This document shows positions 11,539 through 23,301 of a stretch of 64,000 bases of DNA, piece by piece; position 1 is the first letter of the stretch; every line of letters starts with the position of its first letter. A program made the position numbers and the translations under genes. Source of the DNA: Blepharisma stoltei ATCC 30299 (Eukaryota; Protista; Ciliophora); the NCBI GenBank assembly GCA_965603825.1, contig CBFDEM010000054.1:248001-312000 (forward strand). The letters are read 5' to 3'. The notes under the pieces were generated by a model, which made no database searches, was not told where the DNA came from, and worked only from the letters and a program-made list of their open reading frames with translations.

Positions 11539-12828
11539 TTATTTATGAGTTATAACCTTGCTTAATGTCAAGCTATTGAAGTTAAATCTGAAAAAATTGC
11601 AAGCTTCATCTAAGAAATATGCAGAATCCTCATAAGTTGCATAATATGTTAATGGAGCTCTACTTATCTGATCTGTAAATTTTTGTATTGCAATTCAGTT
11701 ACTCAATCATCTTGGATTATTTTCATATATATTTCCAGAAGATTCAATAAGAAAACTTCTGTTCGAAGAGTTGCATAATATTTTCCAGGTACTTGCAACA
11801 AAGGAAGCCAGCTCAAAGTACGAGTCGGATTCAATATCATATCTATAGAGTTTGGCGCTCTGGTATCCAACTAATAATATCCCTTCATTGGTGACAATAT
11901 TTGAAACAAATGATAAATTCACTTTTAAATCGCTTAGAGTTGATCAATTGTTGTTTTGCAAACTGTATTTAATAGCTTTATTAAAAGGTAAGCCAGTGGA
12001 ATCTCATCCCCCAAAAAGATATATGGAATCTTCGTATAGTGCAGGGCTTATATTTCCATATGGAGGTCCAGATTCAAGTTTTTCAATTGAGTATTCAGAT
12101 TGTAAGATATATGCAGTTCCTTTCCCTGGGTGATTCCCATAGCAAAATAATCCTCTACCGGGGACTTGGCATATTGATATCGCTGCATTGCATACATTAT
12201 CTTCCACACATAGTTCCATTTCCTTCAATTTGAAGCTTTGAAGATCAATTTTTGAAAGAATTTTTGTTTTATTTTTGAAAAAGACAATTTCTTTTGAATC
12301 CCACTCACCGATCAGCTTGGTACTCTAGTTTAGATCGCATGTAACTGCTAATAAATCTTCTACTGTAAAATTCAAATTTTTAACACTGTAAGTGAAGCTT
12401 CTCAAATTTCGCAAGGCTTTATCAACTGGCAAACTCAACAATTCTTCATAGGGATCTGGATTACATTTTGAAATTAATTCAATACTCTGTAACGTTTCTG
12501 AAATCATTTTTTGATTTGAGCTGACTTCTTCTATTACTTTTAATGCTTTACTTAATAAATTTTGGAGAATTTGGATTTTATTTGTCACTTTTTCAATTAA
12601 TTCGATCTTGAAGTTTGTTAATTTTGCAGATGATCTTTTAAGCTCATTGATGAGACCGATTTTAGTACTAGAAACAGGCTCTTTGTATAAAGTGCTTGGC
12701 TGATGAGTATGAGCTGAATCGAGATCAATATGCTCAATAAAATGTTTAGCACATGAAAATGCCACTGGATTTACGCATTTGCAAAAAACTTTGACTTCAT
12801 TCTGGCAGCATGGTCTCCAGCATTTCAT
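11539..12828 (-). pseudogene. Zn finger / coiled-coil / Kelch-like protein, copy 2, with in-frame TAG
   Basis: Colinear with copy 1 with no indels; TTG(Leu) in copy 1 is TAG at 12325-12327; rest open to TAA 11539-11541. Confidence 0.7.
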
Positions 12829-13024
12829 TTTACAAATATTTTTAACAAAATATCTAAAATTATTAAATTCATTCAATCAATAATGTGAATATAAATTATC
12901 CAATTCGTCTGCCTGATTAATCTTTACTCAATTTATAAGAACTAATTATATATTGCTTTTATTATTAATTATAAAAATTTAGACTATAATAAAATATTTT
13001 TATTTTATATATAAGCTAATCTTA

Positions 13025-13765
13025 TTAGAATTTCCCTAAAAGTGCTAAAATATTGAAAAGCAAGCAAATTGTAGAGCTAGAAAACCAAAACATTGCATAA
13101 GTCATATGGGTTTCTGGCATTACAAACCAACTTATAAGCTCAGATTTCACGCTTTTAAGTGGGATTTCTGTCAATTCTTCTCCATCATAAACTTCTCGAC
13201 TTCTCTCAAAGTTAATTTCATGGATCATCATATTTGAGGGATTTTTTAAGCCAGCATACTTTGACATCTCATCAATATCAATATAATACCATTCTCCTAT
13301 TTCAGGTGAATTTTTTGGCATATAATTTGAAGGCATTTCGCTTAATCTGAGTACGCCAGCTACTTCAACTGTTCCTTCTGGCTCTTTTCTTTTAGAAAGT
13401 GGCTTAAGATCGACTGGAATCCACCCTCTATTGACTAAAATTTCTTTATTATTTTCAGTAGTCATTGGTGTGACAACTTTATAGCCATTTCGATTCTCGT
13501 ATTTTCTTAATAGGAGCATTTCTTTGCTATGATCGAATTTTCCTTTGATTTGAATTGGGCGAAAATTTCAATACTCAGGATCTTTTTCCCAAGGGTGAAA
13601 ATCATCTGAAACTATATAAGGTTTATCATTGAGATGCTGGGATCGCTCTTCAATAAGGCTTTCTTTTCATTTTTTTCTTCTTAGTTGCCAAAATCCAGCT
13701 TGGGCACATATTAAAGTTCCACTTCCAAAAATAATAGTTGCTGCGACTTTCTTACCTAGGCCCAT
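13025..13765 (-). CDS. SURF1: SURF1/Shy1 cytochrome c oxidase assembly protein
   Basis: GFWQLRRKKW(TGA)KE, GYKVVTP, ILVNRGWIP, HMTYAMFWF motifs; ATG 13765 in frame. Confidence 0.92.
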
Positions 13766-14061
13766 TTTGTCTCAATTAATTAGATTTTATTTGTTTTAAC
13801 CAAATACAGCAGCAGCTTTTAAATTAAACAAGAAGCTGCATTTATTTAAAACACACATCGCTTTTCTTTGAATAAGAGAGTTTAATTTTTATTCCACATA
13901 GATAGCTTAAGCAACGCTTGAACTCAGGCAATAATAAAATTACTGCAAATCCTCTGATTTCATAATTATTTAATTTCTTTTATTATCTAATTATCTAAAT
14001 CTATATGAAAAATTATTCATGTTTCCATTTTTCTTAAATTTAAATTCGTAAAGTTCATAAC

Positions 14062-14559
14062 ATGTCAAACCCAAATTATCCCGCCGGCCTAAAAAGACAT
14101 GTACAAGGTGACTGAAATTGTGTGAAATGTTCAAACTTGAACTTCTCATTTCGTTTCACCTGCAATCGTTGTGAGGCATCGAAACCTGGAGTTGCAGACA
14201 CACTATTCAACTCAGCATTATTTTTATTATTAGACGAGAATGAAACAGAGATATTTAAACAAAACTCAGATAAAGGATCAGAAAATAAAGACCCTACTAG
14301 TGACTTTGGGTTTTTAAAGCAACCTGTAAAAATACAGCCGTTTACTCAGATGGTAACAAACATGGAACCAAGAATTATTGAAAATAATAAAGTAGTTAGG
14401 GACAAAAAACAAGTTGAAAATATTTTATCGGAAGTAAAGAGACCAAATACGGGGAGATCTGGAGATTGGGTCTGTTTACAATGCAAAAATTTAAATTTTG
14501 CGTTTAGAAATCAGTGTAATAAGTGTAGCAAGTATAAAACAACTTATATTGAACTCTAG
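14062..14559 (+). CDS. two RanBP2-type zinc-finger protein
   Basis: GDW(TGA)NCVKCSNLNFSFRFTCNRC and GDW(TGG)VCLQCKNLNFAFRNQCNKC. Confidence 0.9.
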
Positions 14560-15928
14560 GAGTTCATACTATTTATTAAAATAGATATTTTAAAATTCCA
14601 TTTTCGTTTTGTTAATGACATTTGCTTAAAAATATTATAGAAATCATAGGAAAGTTTATAATAAGAAGATTTTTATCATAGATATCCTACTTTCTCATTA
14701 AAAAATAAGTTTAGTATAAATACTCAAGTGCCATATTACAATACTGTTGCTTAATTTCATCTTAATCTGAAGAATTTTAGTACAATTAAAAATGGTAGTA
14801 AAAACTGAGTTGTATTTTTCTTCGACTAGTCAGTAGTAAAATATTCCTTTAAATTATAGCTTATTAGTATAAATTATTTTCATCAATATTTAAGGCATAG
14901 CATGAAAATTATATAAATATTAGAATTAAAATAATATTGAGCTTTAATTATAATCCAAGATTTTATAATCTAATTCTAATTTGTTTTGATTTGAAGTTAT
15001 TAATAAATTGCTTAATCCTTTTTAAAATCATAACAGTTTATGCATTTACAGTCATTATTTTAAAATATTGTAATTCTCAAAATAAATGCGATTTAAGCAA
15101 ATAAGTTTAATCTTGATTTTAAAGCATAAATAATTATATCTTTCAAATAACTAAATTTGCTTATACTCAAAACTTTTTTAAAGCCTTCAATTCATTGCAT
15201 TAGCTTCTCGAACACATAAATCAACAATTAATATTTAAAATTTTAGAAATCTCGATTAATAGGATTATTTCAAAGATTAACTAATAAATCTACCATTATT
15301 GGTCAATAAATGCTAATTAAAAGGGTTAAAGTGCTTTAAAAAATTTACAACAAATTAAGAAAAATTTATGGAGAGAAAATTGTGCTGATTACTCAAATGA
15401 AATAAATAATTATGCATCTTATAAATCAAATTGAGTACTTAATATGATCGATAAATTTTTACTGAATTAAATATGAAGTTTTTAAAAGTTATTTTATTTA
15501 GAATAGTGAAACCAAATGATACTTATTTTCTCGCTAGTAATTTTTTTAACTATTCTCCGCACTTATATAGAGCACATCAGAACTATTTTACTTTCTATTA
15601 AAATAACTAAACCCAATATTTCTCCATATTCATAATTTTCAAATGCTCAAAGTCATCGAAAATTCTCGAACTCAAAAATTCCTCATTTTATGCGTGCTAT
15701 TTTAGCTAAAACAGAGAAATTGCAAATCAAATGTCCAAATCCCACGCACAACGACTTACGTTTTTCAAACATGTTTATTTTTTAAGATTTCTGACCATTT
15801 TAAAAGAAATCTCTCCGACCCTTTTCTAGGTTACACTACCTCCATCTGCCAACCAATAATAATTCCACCACTAATAACCCCATAAATACAAAAATCCATT
15901 AACTTATATAAATATTTTATGACTAAAA

Positions 15929-17176
15929 ATGAGATTCGAAGATTTCAGACTATTGAGCATATTCTTTTCAACGATGCTCATTAATCAAATTTACACAGTT
16001 ATTGCACCGTTCTACCCTCTGGTAGCCGAGAAAAAAGGAATCGCCCAATGGGTGGTTGGCTTGATCTTTACCGTGATGCCTTTGTCAGGCTGTCTAGTAG
16101 CATCCCAGATCGGGAAAAACTTGTCCTATTTGGGAAGAAGAAACACATATACAGGAGGAATGCTCTTAGGTGGGATATCTCTAGCAATTTTGGCCTTTAT
16201 CCCAGAGGCCACTAATGCAACATTTATCCTGATGAGCATTATCTCCAGGATATTGGGAGGCATCGGGATGGTCTCGGTGTACATAACTGGTTTAGCAATC
16301 ATTTCAAGTGACTATGGAGACAAAAGAGAAAGGAACATTTCCATTCTAGAAGTTTTTGCAGGGCTAGGACTTATGGTTGGCCCGTCATTCGGGACACTCT
16401 GCTATGCTTTGGTAGGGTTTACAGGGATTTTCCTGTTTTCTTCAACGCTGTTTTTCATGTTTACACCTTGCTTGTGGTATACATTGTCAGAATCTACAGA
16501 ATTCCAAGAGGTGAAAGTAAACACAGCTTGTTGGAAACTGCTGAAAAATAAAAATATTTTACTTGATGTGCTGGTAGGGCTTTATTCAAGCACGACGTAC
16601 AACTATTTTGACCCAAGCCTAGGGCCTTATATGATATCTTTAGGGTTTACAGAGCATGATGTGGGATACGTTTTCATCATTGCGACACTTGCGTATACAG
16701 TTGGAAGCTTTGGGCTCGTCTTTTTGCTGTCACGAGCCAATAAGTTTTACTTGATGATTTGGAGCATTGTGATGATAATGCTAGGAGAAATAGTGCTTGG
16801 GCTGATAGGAGGATTTATGGATACAGTGCCATTCTGGATTCCAGTGCTTGGAATATGCTTAGCTTCCCTTGGAGCTTCAGTTGGGTTTGTGACGCCTTTA
16901 CCTTCAATGCTTAGTGAAGCTGATATGCTGCCTCATAAGGATATCGACATGAACCCTGATGCTCTGTCTGCACTTTTTACAATGGAGGTTACGATGGGAG
17001 AAATTATTGGACCGATGATGGCTGGATTTTTAGTGCAGTTTATAGGTTTTGAGCTAAGTTCCACATCAATTGCTATAATTGGTGCTATTTTAATCGTTAT
17101 CTACGGAACTATGAGAAGAACCAAACATTTGTTAATATCAAGTGAAGAAGATCTAGAGCATCCTTTGCTAATATAA
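15929..17176 (+). CDS. MFS transporter (SLC18B1-like)
   Basis: 415 aa, about 12 hydrophobic segments, LGRR loop, RILGGIG, GLGLMVGPSFG. Confidence 0.88.
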   Translation: MRFEDFRLLSIFFSTMLINQIYTVIAPFYPLVAEKKGIAQWVVGLIFTVMPLSGCLVASQIGKNLSYLGRRNTYTGGMLLGGISLAILAFIPEATNATFILMSIISRILGGIGMVSVYITGLAIISSDYGDKRERNISILEVFAGLGLMVGPSFGTLCYALVGFTGIFLFSSTLFFMFTPCLWYTLSESTEFQEVKVNTACWKLLKNKNILLDVLVGLYSSTTYNYFDPSLGPYMISLGFTEHDVGYVFIIATLAYTVGSFGLVFLLSRANKFYLMIWSIVMIMLGEIVLGLIGGFMDTVPFWIPVLGICLASLGASVGFVTPLPSMLSEADMLPHKDIDMNPDALSALFTMEVTMGEIIGPMMAGFLVQFIGFELSSTSIAIIGAILIVIYGTMRRTKHLLISSEEDLEHPLLI

Positions 17177-17242
17177 ATTACTTAAATAATTTATCGTTTC
17201 ATTAATTATTTTTTGGCTTTAAAATTATAAAAAAATTAGTTA

Positions 17243-18442
17243 ATGCACAGTAACTTATAACCAGAGTATCGATTAATTTCCAAAAAAGGAGAAGGTGCTT
17301 TCAGCGAAGTCCTCAAAGCCCAAAGTGTTAAAACAGGAAAATACGTTGCAATAAAATGCATGAAAAATCATTTTGACAGTTTAGAAAAAGTAAATAACTT
17401 ACGAGAAATCCAAGCACTAAGGAGATTATCTCCTCATCCTCACATTGTAAGGCTACTTGAAATTCTTTAGTATTTGCTATTTAGTGATGAGCCAACTGGA
17501 AGGCTAGCACTTGTGTTTGAGCTTTTGGATCAGAATCTTTACGAATGGACAAAGGATCGAAGACAATTCCTTCCTGAGGCTAAAGTAAAAAATTTTATGT
17601 GGCAACTATTAAAAGCAATTGATCATATGCACAGGAACGGGATTTTTCATAGAGATATCAAGCCAGAAAACGTTTTATTAGCAGATGATGCTTTAAAATT
17701 AGCAGATTTCGGATCGTGTAGAGGGATTTATAGTAAACAGCCATATACAGAGTATATTAGCACAAGATGATATAGGCCTCCAGAGTGCTTATTGACTGAT
17801 GGGTACTATAACTATAAAATGGACATCTGAGGGGTAGGTTGCGTATTTTTTGAAGTAATTGCGTTATTTCCATTGTTTCCAGGTGAAAATGAGCTAGATC
17901 AAATAGCTAAAATACATAATGTTTTAGGAACCCCACCTAAAACAATTTTAGATGAATTTAGAACAAAAACCCAGACTATTGAATTGAATTTTTCAGCGAA
18001 AGATGGAACTGGGATTGATCGTCTTATTCCTCATGCATCACCAATGGCAAAAAGTTTAATAAATAAAATGCTCACATATAAATGTGATGATCGATTGTCT
18101 GCAAGGCAATGTATGAAGCATCCATATTTCAAAGAACTTAGGGAACAAGAAATGCCTTTACGAATTGCTCCATCACCTCTTAGTATTGATGTACCTGATG
18201 GTGATAGTGGAGCAGGAGATGACAGTAAAAGATCTGAGGTCGCCCTGCCACCCATAAAAGTACCTGTTATGACATTACCAAAAATAAAGAAAAAAAATGA
18301 GCTGAAAATAAAGAATAATCCTTCAGTAAAGAGTATCACTTTTGACCAGAAATCGCCGTATACTAATAAAAAGATAAATTTAGAGCCAAGAAAGCCTTAT
18401 GCAAATCCTTATAAAAAAGGTTTTTTCAAAACGAATTATTAA
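17243..18442 (+). CDS. MOK: MOK/RAGE-like MAPK-related (CMGC) kinase
   Basis: After splicing 17250-17264 and 17470-17484: [18 protein letters not shown]...[39 protein letters not shown](TGA)YRPPE, DIW(TGA)GVG. Confidence 0.92.
17250..17264 (+). other. 15-nt intron gtaacttataaccag
   Basis: GT-AG, A at position 10, contains an in-frame TAA; removal restores MHKYRL. Confidence 0.9.
17470..17484 (+). other. 15-nt intron gtatttgctatttag
   Basis: Removal removes a TAG and restores EILYDEP. Confidence 0.92.
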
Positions 18443-18794
18443 GCTTAATATCTGTTGATATTTGTCTATTAATAAGTATCTTTTAAAAATGCCATATTTA
18501 GACTCATTTCATTTTTCATTTTTGGTATTTTTTGACTAATATCGTGATCTACTGCTGATTTAAATATCATATTATGATTAAATAACTCACAAAAATATTC
18601 CTTTCCTCATCCTCTAACCATAGGTAGTATCTAAAATTAATTCACAAAAAGCATTTCTTTCAATTATATTATAAATTTGGCTTAATTTTCAATATCTAAA
18701 ACAAAAATAGGTTTTAAGGCATTGAAATTAATGCAAGCTCTTTCTTTTTTTATCATCAACATATTGAAAGGCAAATCTTTAATTAATAAAAAAA

Positions 18795-19067
18795 ATGGGC
18801 TGCATAGAGTCTTATAAAGAACGTGAAGAATTTGATATGCCAAACGAATTTCTAAAAAAAACAGTATCTATGTTGAGCATTTTCTCAAGTGAAGACCAGT
18901 TTAAAGATATAGATTTAGATTATCCAGAAGAGTTTTGTATCCCTTCAAAAGATGCAAAAGAAAATCAGTATTTGGACTGTGAGTCAGTTTTGATAACTGC
19001 TTCTTCATTTCACAGAAATGAAAATGAGCTGGCGTTTTTAATATCCTTGCCGCATTTACAGAAATAA
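18795..19067 (+). CDS. small hypothetical protein
   Basis: 90-aa ORF with A-rich start context, MGC N-terminus (possible acylation), TAA stop. Confidence 0.55.
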   Translation: MGCIESYKEREEFDMPNEFLKKTVSMLSIFSSEDQFKDIDLDYPEEFCIPSKDAKENQYLDCESVLITASSFHRNENELAFLISLPHLQK

Positions 19068-19426
19068 AAAGAAAAGCACAATTTTTTAAAAAGCATTCCC
19101 AAGCAAGCTGATTTTTAATAAAATTATATCTGTTGTTTTATATAATAAATCAACACTAAGGGTTTAATGCCAAGTTTTATATAATCAGTTATGATAAGCT
19201 TTAATAATGGAATAAAGCTACCATTTTTATGAAAGAGCAAACAGATTATTGCCTAGCATATTTGGATATTTACTTGATTTATTTAATTTTTTACTAAATA
19301 CAGCTTATGCAAGACTCTATATAATTTTATTTTTACAGATGCTGAGCTTTTAAAAAATTCAAAGATATTTTATTAAAATACAAGTTTATTGGTTCTCTAA
19401 AGGATATATAGAAAATTACAATATAA

Positions 19427-20080
19427 ATGTCAATTATTTACGCTCTTGTCGTCCGAGATCCTGATATAGTTTTATGTGAGTTCTCAAGAGCCCAAGGCAA
19501 TTTTCCTCAAATCACAAGGAATATCATTTCTAAACTGCCAAGAAGTGGCAAGTTCTCGTATACATATAACGAAAAGTTTTGCTATCATTACATTTCTGAA
19601 GATAATATTCTCTTTATTTGTCTGTCAGATGCTGAATTCCCAAGAAGAATTTGTTTTTTATTTTTAGAGGATATAAAATCAAACTTTATGAACCGCTACG
19701 GGCATGTAGTCAATACAGTAATCGCATTCGGAGTTAATTCCGAATTTTCTGATGTATTAAAAACAAGGATAAATTATTTTAATACAGATCCTAACGCAGA
19801 TAAATTGCAAAGCATAAGGTCAAGTGTCGATGAAGTAAGAAACATTATGATTGAAAATATTGACAAAGTCCTTGCTCGCGGAGAAAAAGTTGAACTTCTA
19901 GTAAAAAAGTCAGAAATAATGAGTGAGCAAGCAGTCACGATGAAAAAAAGAGCAGTCCAAGTGAGAAGAAAAATGAGGTTTCAGAATATCAAGCTATATA
20001 TAATTTGCGGTGTGGTTTTTGTATTTGTGTTACTTTTACTGGTAATGTCTGTTTGCTCTCCTGATTTTTCAGAGTGTTAG
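19427..20080 (+). CDS. VAMP7: VAMP7-like longin R-SNARE
   Basis: Longin domain, IMIENIDKVLARGEKVELL R-SNARE, C-terminal TM. Confidence 0.93.
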   Translation: MSIIYALVVRDPDIVLCEFSRAQGNFPQITRNIISKLPRSGKFSYTYNEKFCYHYISEDNILFICLSDAEFPRRICFLFLEDIKSNFMNRYGHVVNTVIAFGVNSEFSDVLKTRINYFNTDPNADKLQSIRSSVDEVRNIMIENIDKVLARGEKVELLVKKSEIMSEQAVTMKKRAVQVRRKMRFQNIKLYIICGVVFVFVLLLLVMSVCSPDFSEC

Positions 20081-20176
20081 TAAGATAAAATATAAAAATA
20101 ATTTTAACTTATTGTATAAAGTGAGATTTTTCAGTGTGTTAGTAAGCTAAAAAATAATGTTAACTTATTTTATAAA
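20063..20176. repeat. imperfect ~55-bp direct duplication spanning the VAMP7 stop codon and 3' UTR
   Basis: gatttttcagagtgttagtaagataaaa...taacttattgtataaa (20063-20120) vs gatttttcagtgtgttagtaagctaaaa...taacttattttataaa (20125-20175). Confidence 0.8.
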
Positions 20177-20260
20177 ATAGCATTGTAAGAGTAAAATATA
20201 TTTTATTAAAAAATACATATAAGAATATGATATTAATCTAATTGTTTAACATTTTTAAGT

Positions 20261-21280
20261 ATGGCATCAAAAAACTATAAAACTCCCCTAGAGGAAACCA
20301 AGTACAAGCATTACTGCGCAACAAAAATAAAAGCTTTATGAAAAGGTTATAAGCAGCGCGAAAGGTTTAGGCTGCTTAAATCAAAAAAATACGATAAAGC
20401 CGCCACACATATCCAACATTGATGAAGACATTATAAAACTGCCAAGGAAAGTAAGCCACTCACCGTTAGTGATGCAGCCATAAAAATCCAAAGACTCTGA
20501 CGAAACTATACAAATGGTAAAATCTTTAAGTACTACAAAGAACTGATTCAGTTTAAATTTAAAGGAAATCCACGAGATTTATTAAAAACTATCAACCCAA
20601 TTGAAGCATCAATGCTGGACAAAGCATCAAATGCCCATTTGAGATTTCGCCTAGGAGGTGATAAGTTTCCACCTTTAATTTACTATAAATTATATGTGCA
20701 TGCTGGAGTGTGTGATGTTAACAGTTTTGCACCTCGCGATTACACAGCAATTAAAAAAGCTACTGGGAAAGAAATCATTAATATGCATTTAGAAAATGAA
20801 GAAGTGAAAAACATCAAAACAGGATGATATGAGAGATATGATAATAATGGGTGAAGACCTATCACAGATAACTTAATCATGCCTTTCGATCGGGTTGAAC
20901 TGCATTCTTCAAATAAACCTGCTGTATTCCATCATGATAAATTGGTTAGAAGGGAACTCGTCGCGAAACAAAAAAGAAAACGGAAAATTAAATGGCTTAA
21001 AGAATTGTATGCAGAAGGTAGAAAAATTGAAGAAATGGAGAAGGAGCAAGAAATTGAGAATCAGTCAAAAATCAACGAAGAAGAAGAGGAAGAAGAAGAC
21101 CCATTTAGGGAAGAAAAATTGCTGGATTTAAATGAAGACGATTTTGATGAATATGTGAATGGCTTGATGAAGTGGTCAGAAACGCTTGATTTTGATAAGT
21201 ATATGGATCATTGGATGCAGATTGCGACCTCAGCACCTGTTGAAAACGATCCAGCAGAGACAGAAGAAATAATGCTTTAG
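20261..21280 (+). CDS. IQ-motif protein, MFI/C11orf65-like
   Basis: Three IQ motifs with TGA at the Trp positions; INPIEASMLD..LRFRLGGDKFPPLIYYK matches the C11orf65 family core; single frame. Confidence 0.85.
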
Positions 21281-21433
21281 TATTATTAATTTGAATAAAA
21301 ATTTGATATTTAATTAAAAAGAATTTAGAGTTATCTAAAAAATTAGAATTTCAAGTCATCTTTTGCAATTAATCTTATTAAGAAAACAGAAAATAAATTT
21401 GTCAATTGCCTCCAAAATGAAATTTATAATAAA

Positions 21434-23107
21434 ATGTCATCTAATGGCTTGATAGCTCCATTAAGCTCCTCAGGAGACTCTAAATCAATGGTATCAGGCT
21501 CCTCAGCTAGCTATTTAGGTCCAAGAGGATTATTCAACATCACAAGCACCCCTCTCACCATTGTTCATCAAGTAGCAAATCCAACAGACATCATAGGTGG
21601 CCCAATTCCAAGCGACGAGCCTCGCACTAAGTCTGAAAGATCGACTAAGGTGTATATAGGTAAAATTCCTTCTGGACTAAGTGACTATTTCATGGAACAG
21701 CTCTTTCTAGAATGCGGGCCTATCAACAGCTGGCGTAGAGTTCTTGATTCTTCCGGTAAACCCTTAGGTTTTGGCTTTGTGGAGTTCCAAACAGTCGAAG
21801 GAATGCTCAGATGTCTACGTCTAATGAACGGTCTTTCAATAAAAAACTCCAAACTTATATGCAGAGTTGACATGCAGACTGAATTTTTTATCAAGGAATG
21901 GAGCGATTTAAAGCGAGCTGACTGGGAGCGTAAAAGGTGGGACAATATTATGGACGTCGACCCAAATTCAGCAAAAACTTGGGAAGAAGACATAGTAAAA
22001 GATGATGAAAAAGTGTCCTATACGATACAAACAAGCATAAGAAACTTTGAGCAAAATACTGATGATGACCCCAGTGAAAGAGAAGCAGATAAGTAATTGA
22101 TATTTAGGGAGCACCCAAGAGAAAAAGAAAGGGAAAAAAGAATACAGGCGAGAAACAGAGACAGAGAGAGGCAGTTTAAAGATAAAGAAAGAGAGTGGTT
22201 AAAGAGAGAAGAAATCAAAGAAAAAGAGAGAGCAAGAGAGAGGGAAAAAGAAGAAGAGAGGCAGAGGGAAAAAATAAAGATGATGAGGAGAGATATGGAA
22301 TATGAAAGCGATTTAGAAGAAATTGTCAAGAAAAAAAAATCTTCTAAATATGCAGCAAGAAGAGAAGAGAGGGCAAAACAAAGAGAAAAAGAAAAAGCTG
22401 AAGATGAACTTAATGCAAGAAAAGAGTTTGAAATGATGTTTCCTGGTGTCGCTACTGCAGAAGAAAAGTTAAAACAAGCACAAGAGCTAGAAGAAAGGCA
22501 AAGACCTGAAAACGAGCATGAATATACACTGAGAGAGCATAAAGATTTAGAAATTCATGTTACCTCAATTGAAGAATCTAAAGCTCTGCCAGCAAGCACA
22601 GCTACAAAATACTTTAAAGTTGACCAAGAAGACGAGCAAGATCCACTTTTTAAAAGAAATAAACCTCTTTCCCTCCCTATTTCATTAGAAGATGAAACTC
22701 CAAACCCAAAACCGCCTCAAGAAATCCTAATGACTGAAACCGATTTTGACAAAAAATTCCAAAGCTACAAGCAGCTTCTTGAAAAAGTGCCAAAAAGACG
22801 CTCAGAGCTCTTTACGTTTCCTTTAGCTTGAAATAGCTTAGCACAAAACAGAATTTTAGAGAAAAGACTAGGACCATTTGTATCCAAATTATTTGTGGAA
22901 TATTTAGGACAAGATGATAGAAGCCTCGTGCAAATGGTCAGCAAGATGGTTGTCAATAGAGAAACCCCTGAGAAGATTTTAGGGAAAATTGAGAAGTTCT
23001 TAGATGTGGAAGCAGATGTAAGGGATATTTAGGCTTTTGTTAAGAGAATGTGGAGAATGTTGGTTTTTGAGCATCTCAAACTTGAGGTCTCACATGCGAT
23101 TTCTTAG
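21434..23107 (+). CDS. RBM25: RBM25/Snu71-like splicing factor (RRM, RE-rich region, PWI)
   Basis: RRM (VYIGKI, GFGFVEF), RE-rich tract, PWI (EYLGQDD...LDVEADAFVKRMWRMLVFE) after splicing 22093-22107 and 23018-23032. Confidence 0.88.
22093..22107 (+). other. 15-nt intron gtaattgatatttag
   Basis: GT-AG, A at position 10, in-frame TAA removed. Confidence 0.9.
23018..23032 (+). other. 15-nt intron gtaagggatatttag
   Basis: Removal restores the PWI helix and removes an in-frame TAG. Confidence 0.9.
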
Positions 23108-23301
23108 GTAATAATTGAGATTATTCTCTTAGGTGTCATGATGACTAATATGATTATGAAGTCTTAATGGTATATTGGTTTTTATAGATAGGTCTTTAAT
23201 TCTGGAGCTTGCCACATTTTTTGAATGCTAGGCAATATTTAGGCTCAAATGCTTTATATATTGTAGAGAATAAGGCTTGATAAAAATAATTAAATTTATA
23301 T

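Larger units (their letters stand above)
9466..12890. repeat. tandem segmental duplication, unit ~1724 bp (about 9466-11180 and 11190-12890)
   Basis: Near-identical coding and 3' flanking sequence at a constant offset of ~1724. Confidence 0.95.

Noticed and set aside
13812-13840. Short inverted repeat gcagctt...aagctgc upstream of SURF1
   Set aside because: A 7-bp stem is within chance expectation; no ncRNA features.
14113-14115. TGA as selenocysteine or cysteine
   Set aside because: TGA aligns with invariant Trp (the paralogous position is TGG), not Cys.
22110-22420. AG-rich simple-repeat-like tract
   Set aside because: It encodes the RE/K-rich domain of the RBM25-like protein.
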